Source: Candidatus Bathyarchaeota archaeon (GTDB lineage Archaea > Thermoproteota > Bathyarchaeia > TCS64). From it: a stretch of DNA of 64,000 nucleotides. A program made the position numbers and the translations under genes. A model generated the notes under the pieces. The model did not search any database. It had not been told where the DNA came from and was given only the letters and a program-made list of their open reading frames with translations. Position 1 is the first letter of the stretch. Each line of letters opens with the position of its first letter. The stretch spans positions 352,001-416,000 of the forward strand of contig CAVYLP010000006.1 of the NCBI GenBank assembly GCA_963769425.1, written 5' to 3'. This document shows positions 59,009 to 64,000 of the stretch, in pieces.

Positions 59009-60352
59009 GCTCAGCACGACACCGTACTTTATCATCTGCTGTTCCGTGAACCATCCCTCCGTGTGGAAGATGATGTTGGGTATCGTGTTCACTGGGAGGA
59101 TGACCGCTATCGGAGCGAGCAGTGCGACTGGAAGAGCTGTGAGGATCGGATTCGCGCCTTGGATGTTCGTTAACCCTATGACCACAGGGATCATCACGGT
59201 CGCGTAAACCGTCGTGCTCGTGAAGATCAGGTGTAGCAGCATTGCAACCAACACTATGAATCCGACAAACACTAGCGGGGAGAGGCTGCCTAGACCGACG
59301 GACTCGAATATCCTCACGGCTACGGGGTCCAAGGCCCTGTACTTCGCAACGACCCTGGCGAGGAACATGGAGGCAGCGAATAGGACGATGCTCCCCCATG
59401 GCACGGTCCCGCTGAATTTGCCTATCTCCATCACCCCCATTTGGGGGAGGAAGAGGAGCAGGCTCAGCCCCAGGCTTATCAGCCCGGCGTTGAGTGGGTT
59501 GTAGCGTTCGGTAATCCACAGGATTAGGGCAATGATGAAGGTCACGGCGACGACCATCTCCCTCTTGGAGACGGGGCCGAGCTGGTCCCTGATCCCGCAG
59601 ATCCTGTCGTAGGTCTCCTTCGAGGCCTCTATCTCGGGCTTGAACATCCGTGTTATGAGCAGGTAGCTCGCCGCGAGGAGTAGGACAGTTAGGGGGAAAG
59701 CCATTCTGAACCACTCCCCCCAGTCGAGGCGGAGGCCCGTGGATACGAGGATGTACTCCGCTGAGATCGGGTTGGGGACTGTGGCGGTTAGGAAGGCCGT
59801 GCTGCAGATGTTGTTCGCCGCCATTGCCATAAGCATCACCGCGGCGCCGAATCGGCTGCGCCCCTTCTCGACACCGAACGCCTCCACGAGCCCGATGCAG
59901 ATGGGGAGTATTATGAACGCTTTCGCAGTGGTACTCGGGCTCAGCGGAGCGATCGCGAGGCTAGCGACGGCGATCGCGAGGATGATGTTCCTCGGTTTGC
60001 ACCCCATTGAGGTCATTATCATGAGTGCGATCCGCTTTCCGAGTCCGCTTACCTCCATCCCCTTCGCAAGGACGAAGCCGCTCAGGATTATCCAGAGCCC
60101 ACTCGCGCCGTAGGTATTGAAGAGGCTGCTGATGAAGTCACCAACGTTGAGGCTCGCCTCGAAGACGGCGATGAGGGCAATGATGAGGAGGCTCGACTCA
60201 AGGTGTCGCTTAGGGTAGAGGCTCCAAAGGACCAGGGCGAGGAAGACCACACCGAGGATCTGGTTCTCGATGATCCCCCCGACGGCGAGGTAGCCAAATA
60301 TAAGAATCGTGAGGGCGGTGGCCGCATACTTGACAGCGTCCACCAATCTCAT
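58943..60352 (-). CDS. DASS/SLC13-family divalent anion:sodium symporter
   Basis: SGLGKRIA, PSTTAK, AFLTATVPN, LPVNTIPNII. Confidence 0.88.
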   Translation of the reverse strand: MRLVDAVKYAATALTILIFGYLAVGGIIENQILGVVFLALVLWSLYPKRHLESSLLIIALIAVFEASLNVGDFISSLFNTYGASGLWIILSGFVLAKGMEVSGLGKRIALMIMTSMGCKPRNIILAIAVASLAIAPLSPSTTAKAFIILPICIGLVEAFGVEKGRSRFGAAVMLMAMAANNICSTAFLTATVPNPISAEYILVSTGLRLDWGEWFRMAFPLTVLLLAASYLLITRMFKPEIEASKETYDRICGIRDQLGPVSKREMVVAVTFIIALILWITERYNPLNAGLISLGLSLLLFLPQMGVMEIGKFSGTVPWGSIVLFAASMFLARVVAKYRALDPVAVRIFESVGLGSLSPLVFVGFIVLVAMLLHLIFTSTTVYATVMIPVVIGLTNIQGANPILTALPVALLAPIAVILPVNTIPNIIFHTEGWFTEQQMIKYGVVLSLVSVLIVLVAGIPYWQLLGLI

Positions 60353-60484
60353 GGTGTACCATGTTGATGGTGTATGTATAATTCTTATGAAGGTGGAAAT
60401 TCTAATCCGTAACTCCGATATGCATGATTTGACGCTTCGAAGCGTTCTTTATCGGGTGACTGGGGTTACCTGATCAGTGGTTTA

Positions 60485-61006
60485 ATGGCTAAGAACATCT
60501 GGATAGCCCGCGATTACGCCGCTTGCAGTGGCTGCAAGCGTTGCGAGATCGCGTGCAGCATGAAGTTCGAGGGCTGGATATGGCCCGAGGCGTCGATGGT
60601 CAGGGTCTTCATGCCCTTCCCCGGGCTAGAGGTTCCGCATCTCTGCTCTCAGTGCGACGATTACCCATGCGTGGGTAGCTGCCCGACCGTTGCCCTCTCG
60701 GTAGATCCCGTAACGAAGGCGGTCATAGTCGACAAGGAGAAGTGTATAAGCTGCGGCAACTGCATACGCGCCTGCCCAGGCAACGTACCGATCCTCCACC
60801 CGGAGACGAACAAGGCCACCATCTGCAACCTATGCAACGGCGACCCCGAGTGCGTAAAGGTCTGCAAGGAGGCGGGCTACAACGCACTCATACTCGTGGA
60901 CGAGGGACCGGGACCGAACAGGAAGCTGTTTAGCCGCCACCCCGTCGAGGTGGCGAAGGAGCTCGCTGTCTACTTCTTCGGCGAGAAGGGTGAGGAGGTA
61001 ATCTAG
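60485..61006 (+). CDS. Four-cluster Fe-S subunit (WOR5 small-subunit-like)
   Basis: CSGC..CE.AC...EG.IWPEAS..RVF, CSQCDDYPC...CP, CISCGNC..ACP, CNLC..DP.C...C. Confidence 0.88.
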   Translation: MAKNIWIARDYAACSGCKRCEIACSMKFEGWIWPEASMVRVFMPFPGLEVPHLCSQCDDYPCVGSCPTVALSVDPVTKAVIVDKEKCISCGNCIRACPGNVPILHPETNKATICNLCNGDPECVKVCKEAGYNALILVDEGPGPNRKLFSRHPVEVAKELAVYFFGEKGEEVI

Positions 61007-61007
61007 G

Positions 61008-62867
61008 ATGACGAGTGGATACGCGGGCAAGTTCCTAGACGTCGACCTCACGAAGGAGAAGATCAAGGAGATCAGCTTCGACGACAAGACCCTCCAGCAG
61101 TACTTCGGTGGGCGCGGGCTCGCGGCTAAGATACTCTGGGACAGGGTGGGCAAGAAGTGGGAGACACTCGACCCCTACGCCCCGGAGAGCCCGCTCATCG
61201 TCCTCACAGGCCCAATGACGGGCATCTACCCCGGCGGCAGGATATGCGTCTCGGGGAAGAGCCCGGTCAGCATGGGCACGGTAGGCTCAACGGCGGCGAC
61301 GGAGTTCGCGCACGAGCTACGATGCGCAGGATACGACGGCGTCATCTTCACGGGTAAGTCGGAGAAGCCCGTCTACCTCCTCGTGACGAACGACGGAGCA
61401 GAGATCAGACCAGCGGAGCACCTCTGGGGCACCGTCGGCGAGGAGACCATCAAGATTCTCAACAAAGAAGTCACGGAGGAGATGAGAAAGCGCAAGCCAA
61501 ACGTTGGTATCTGGCGCGAACCCGGCATGGTCTATATCGGCCCCGCTGGCGAGAACATGGTCCGCAATAGCGGCGTGATGAGCAAAATATGCCACGCAGC
61601 CGGGTACGGAGGCTACGGCGCCCTCATGGGCTCGAAGAAGCTCAAGGCAGTCGTCGCCAAGGGCAGGGGAAAGACCCCCGCCGCGGACGCCCCCGAGGCC
61701 GCGAAGTTGCTCTGGAAGAAGGCACACCAGATGCTCATAGCCAACAGCGAGATGCGCCGATACGGCACGGGCTACCTCGGATACACCGTCGGCGCCAGCA
61801 ACAGCAGCGAGCCCATCAGGAACTGGCAGACAGAGTGGCACAACGAGAAGAGCTACGCCGGCCCACGCTTCGAGGCGTACTGGGTCAAGAAGAAGTGGTC
61901 CGACTACAACTGCACCACGAACTGCATGAAGGTCAGCTGCATAAAGAACGGCAAGTGGAAGGGCGACATAACCGACCTCCCCGACTACGAGCTGCAGGCC
62001 TACTGCGGTACCAACATGGGCATCTTCGAACCCGTAGACAACATCCACATGAGCGCCCTAATCGACAACCTCGGCCACAGCGGAATCAACGGCCCCAACA
62101 CTATGGGCTTCGCCGCCGAACTCTACCAGAGGAAGATTCTCACAAAGAAGGACATAGGCTTCGAGCTCAACTGGGGTGACACCGATGCCTTTACGAAGCT
62201 CGCCTGGATGATGGCGAAGCGCGAGGGCATAGGCGACGTCCTAGCCGAGGGCACATACCGTGCCGCTATCAAGATCGCCGAGATGAAGGGGCTCCCGAAG
62301 GAGGAGCTGCTAAAGTACGTCGTACACGTCAAGGGCATCGAGATCGGCGCACACGGGACTCGCAGCGACCAGGACTACGTTCACGACGCCAGCTACGCGG
62401 GCAGCGTCCAGGGCGGGGACCACACATCCACCATCGGCGACGGCTACACTGACATGAGCGACGCCATCTTCGCCGACTGCGGCGTATTCTGCGACTTCTG
62501 CAGGACCACCCGCGAGCTGGAGTTCGACTTCGCCAAGGCCATCACGGGCTTCCCGATCACGGTCGAGAACTGGAGGAAGGAGACCGGCCCAAGGATAGTG
62601 ACGCTCCAGAAGGCTCTGCTGCTCCTCGGCGGACCTGACATGAAGTGGGAGCCTGTAAAGGACGACGACAACCCACCGAGGTTCTATGAGCCACTCCCCG
62701 AGGGGCCCTTCAAGGGCAAGACGACGGACAAGAAGCTCGTCGACCAGAAGCTGCAGGCTTACTTCGAGACGCTAGGCTGGGACGAGCGCGGGATCCCGAC
62801 GAAGGAGACGCTGAAAAGGCTGGACCTAGCCGACGTCGAGCCCTTCATGAAGAAGATGAGGGAATAG
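61008..62867 (+). CDS. wor5: Tungsten AOR-family oxidoreductase, WOR5 subgroup
   Basis: HAAGYGGYGA.MGSK, SSEPIRNWQ, W.DY.C..NCMK, PDYELQAY, SVQGGDHTS, LLLLGGPD..W.P.KDDDNPPRFYEPLP, as recalled for Pyrococcus furiosus WOR5. Confidence 0.8.
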   Translation: MTSGYAGKFLDVDLTKEKIKEISFDDKTLQQYFGGRGLAAKILWDRVGKKWETLDPYAPESPLIVLTGPMTGIYPGGRICVSGKSPVSMGTVGSTAATEFAHELRCAGYDGVIFTGKSEKPVYLLVTNDGAEIRPAEHLWGTVGEETIKILNKEVTEEMRKRKPNVGIWREPGMVYIGPAGENMVRNSGVMSKICHAAGYGGYGALMGSKKLKAVVAKGRGKTPAADAPEAAKLLWKKAHQMLIANSEMRRYGTGYLGYTVGASNSSEPIRNWQTEWHNEKSYAGPRFEAYWVKKKWSDYNCTTNCMKVSCIKNGKWKGDITDLPDYELQAYCGTNMGIFEPVDNIHMSALIDNLGHSGINGPNTMGFAAELYQRKILTKKDIGFELNWGDTDAFTKLAWMMAKREGIGDVLAEGTYRAAIKIAEMKGLPKEELLKYVVHVKGIEIGAHGTRSDQDYVHDASYAGSVQGGDHTSTIGDGYTDMSDAIFADCGVFCDFCRTTRELEFDFAKAITGFPITVENWRKETGPRIVTLQKALLLLGGPDMKWEPVKDDDNPPRFYEPLPEGPFKGKTTDKKLVDQKLQAYFETLGWDERGIPTKETLKRLDLADVEPFMKKMRE

Positions 62868-62906
62868 TCCCTCCCCCTTATATTTCGTCATCCTACTTTT
62901 CCCCTG

Positions 62907-63845
62907 ATGGACCTTCTCAGCGGGTTCAGGGGCAGCCTTCTCGGTCTGGCTATAGGGGATTCACTCGGCGCTCCTGTCGAGTTCGAGCCGAGGGGCAGTT
63001 TCCCACCCATTACGGGTCTACGTGGCGGCGGGCCGTTTAACCTGAAGTCTGGGGACTGGACGGACGACACATCACTCGCCCTCTGCCTCGCCGAGAGCCT
63101 CATTGAGAAGAGGGGATTCGACCCCCACGACCAGGCCGAGAGGTATGTTAGATGGTGGAGGGGGGGCTACATGAGCTGCACGGGGAACTGCTTCGACATA
63201 GGGAACACAACGAAGGCGAGCCTACAGAGGTTCATGGACACCGGAAACCCCTACTCGGGGCCGACGAGTCCCGAGACGGGGAGCAACGGGTCCCTCATGA
63301 GGTTGGCGCCGGTGCCCCTGTTCTACCACGATGCGCCTGGGCGGGCTGTCGAGTACTCTGGGCTCAGCTCGAAGGTGACGCACGGAGCTGATGAGGCTGT
63401 AGACTCGTGCCGTTACCTCGGGGCACTCATCGTCGGGGCGCTAAGGGGCGAAGCGAAGGAGACCCTCATCTCAGGGAGATATGAACCAGAGAAGAGAATC
63501 TGGAAAAAACAACCGCTAACCGCTAAAGTCGACGCTGTCGCAGAGGGTTCTTTCCGGCGCTTAGAGCCACCGGAGATCAGAGCACAGGGATCGGCGGTGA
63601 AGACACTCGAGGCCGCACTCTGGGCGTTCGCGAAGGGGTCATCTTTCGAGGAGGGGTGTCTGCTCGCGGTCAATCTGGGTGACGACTCCGATACAGTGGG
63701 CGCAGTCTACGGACAGCTTGCGGGAGCCTACTATGGGATCGAGGAAATCCCCGCCAAGTGGCTTGAAGGACTCTCTTGCATAGAACTGATCGAATCGGCC
63801 GCCGAGAGGCTGTTCAAAGCATCACAGGCACGCATTTCGGTGTAA
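62907..63845 (+). CDS. ADP-ribosylglycohydrolase (DraG/ARH family)
   Basis: GLAIGDSLG..VEF, WTDDT, FDIGNTT, NGSLMR, GDDSDT.GA..GQLAGA.YG. Confidence 0.92.
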   Translation: MDLLSGFRGSLLGLAIGDSLGAPVEFEPRGSFPPITGLRGGGPFNLKSGDWTDDTSLALCLAESLIEKRGFDPHDQAERYVRWWRGGYMSCTGNCFDIGNTTKASLQRFMDTGNPYSGPTSPETGSNGSLMRLAPVPLFYHDAPGRAVEYSGLSSKVTHGADEAVDSCRYLGALIVGALRGEAKETLISGRYEPEKRIWKKQPLTAKVDAVAEGSFRRLEPPEIRAQGSAVKTLEAALWAFAKGSSFEEGCLLAVNLGDDSDTVGAVYGQLAGAYYGIEEIPAKWLEGLSCIELIESAAERLFKASQARISV

Positions 63846-64000
63846 TTAAGAGATTTTAACCCATTTCCGTATTTTCCTCCGAATCGATATGTTTTAACAT
63901 GTATATCGGTTTCTTCGATGCGTCCAGAGAAGCCTTTTATCCCGATAATCGCCTAAAATCCATAGTTAATTCTGGTGAGACGATGAGCAAACCCATCTGG

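Overview
GC-rich, gene-dense archaeal chromosome segment with about 65 CDS and one tRNA-Ser(GGA). Archaeal origin is shown by TFB, two thermosome subunits, aIF5A/DHS, AglB, FBP aldolase/phosphatase and the archaeal mevalonate genes. The gene mix suggests a TACK lineage, probably Bathyarchaeia (inference). No CRISPR array, rRNA, transposase or integrase was found. At least seven genes, including the essential serS, are broken by single-base indels, nearly all +1 insertions, which points to long-read error. The strongest leads are: (1) a Phr/HSR1-type heat-shock regulator directly upstream of a tandem thermosome pair, with the same 14-bp-period operator (GGTTGTAAACC-like, AAC-N5-GTT core) over both promoters; (2) a WOR5-type tungsten oxidoreductase pair (candidate aliphatic sulfonate:ferredoxin oxidoreductase) divergent from a DASS anion transporter; (3) an archaeal FrlD/FrlB Amadori-product utilisation locus with a GH5-like enzyme, an SDR and an ASCH gene; (4) a cupin-metF-split metE operon whose cupin gene is missing from the ORF track; (5) a SerK-like kinase near serS; (6) a ~1.45 kb non-coding region with ORB-like motifs, palindromes and an 87-nt adenine-free tract. 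All family assignments rest on recalled motifs, not on database searches.
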